From Amoebophrya sp. A120 (Eukaryota > Protista > Dinoflagellata), in NCBI GenBank assembly GCA_905178155.1, contig CAJINV010000002.1, forward strand, positions 8,575,224 to 8,639,223: DNA of 64,000 bases, in the 5' to 3' direction. The notes below the pieces were generated by a model. The model ran no database searches. It had not been told where the DNA came from and worked only from the letters and a program-made list of their open reading frames with translations. Of the stretch, positions 63,621 to 64,000 are shown piece after piece (positions within the stretch are counted from its first letter, which is position 1; each line of letters starts with the position of its first letter). Both the position numbers and the translations under genes were made by a program.

Positions 63621-64000
63621 AGTCGTTTTCCCCGCCTGGTCGTCTGCCGAAAATCTTTCCTTTTGCCGACCGACGTGCTGCTGTTGGTGTTCTTTCGCGA
63701 CCTCCAGAGCTGCAGTTGAGCTGCGAGGAGCAGATGGAGAAGCGGCTGCTGCTGCTGATACAACGTCACCTGCTCGAGTGGAACTACTAGTCGACGAGCT
63801 GTCGCTGTCGGGTGGTAAGTGCGAATCTTGAGGGTCTCCACTCTTGCTTTCTGATTCCCCGCGTCTTTCTCCACCATTTTGAACGACACTGCTTTCACCG
63901 GGTAAAATTGTTGTCGACGATTCATCTCCCGATAATTTCGTGGCTCCACTGGTGCCAGTTTCAGCAACTGCCCCTTTTCGTTTATTTTGTTTTTCCTGCA

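Overview
Gene-dense eukaryotic DNA that looks like an alveolate, most like the parasitic dinoflagellate Amoebophrya (Syndiniales); this is an inference from gene style, not a database result. All ~16 genes I can reconstruct lie on the minus strand: a PARP-like/double B-box protein, a ~2,260-aa GYF protein, UFD1, selenoprotein T (in-frame UGA), a single-domain voltage-gated channel with EF-hands, NOP56, Uso1/p115-like, ITFG1-like, ZPR1-domain, MIF4G/eIF4G-like and several hypothetical proteins. The most striking signal is a second class of intron alongside ordinary GT-AG introns. Seven 110-262 bp elements begin TAT, end ATA, have terminal inverted repeats, sit between 5-bp direct repeats and share an internal TTTGTCATGC motif. 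Removing each element plus one repeat restores the host reading frame, yet no register gives GT-AG. The SelT 3' region holds a candidate atypical SECIS (GUGA core, very long upper stem, no AA). Two larger TIR elements and two GC-rich degenerate islands are also present. Exon models were built by hand and need RNA-seq confirmation.
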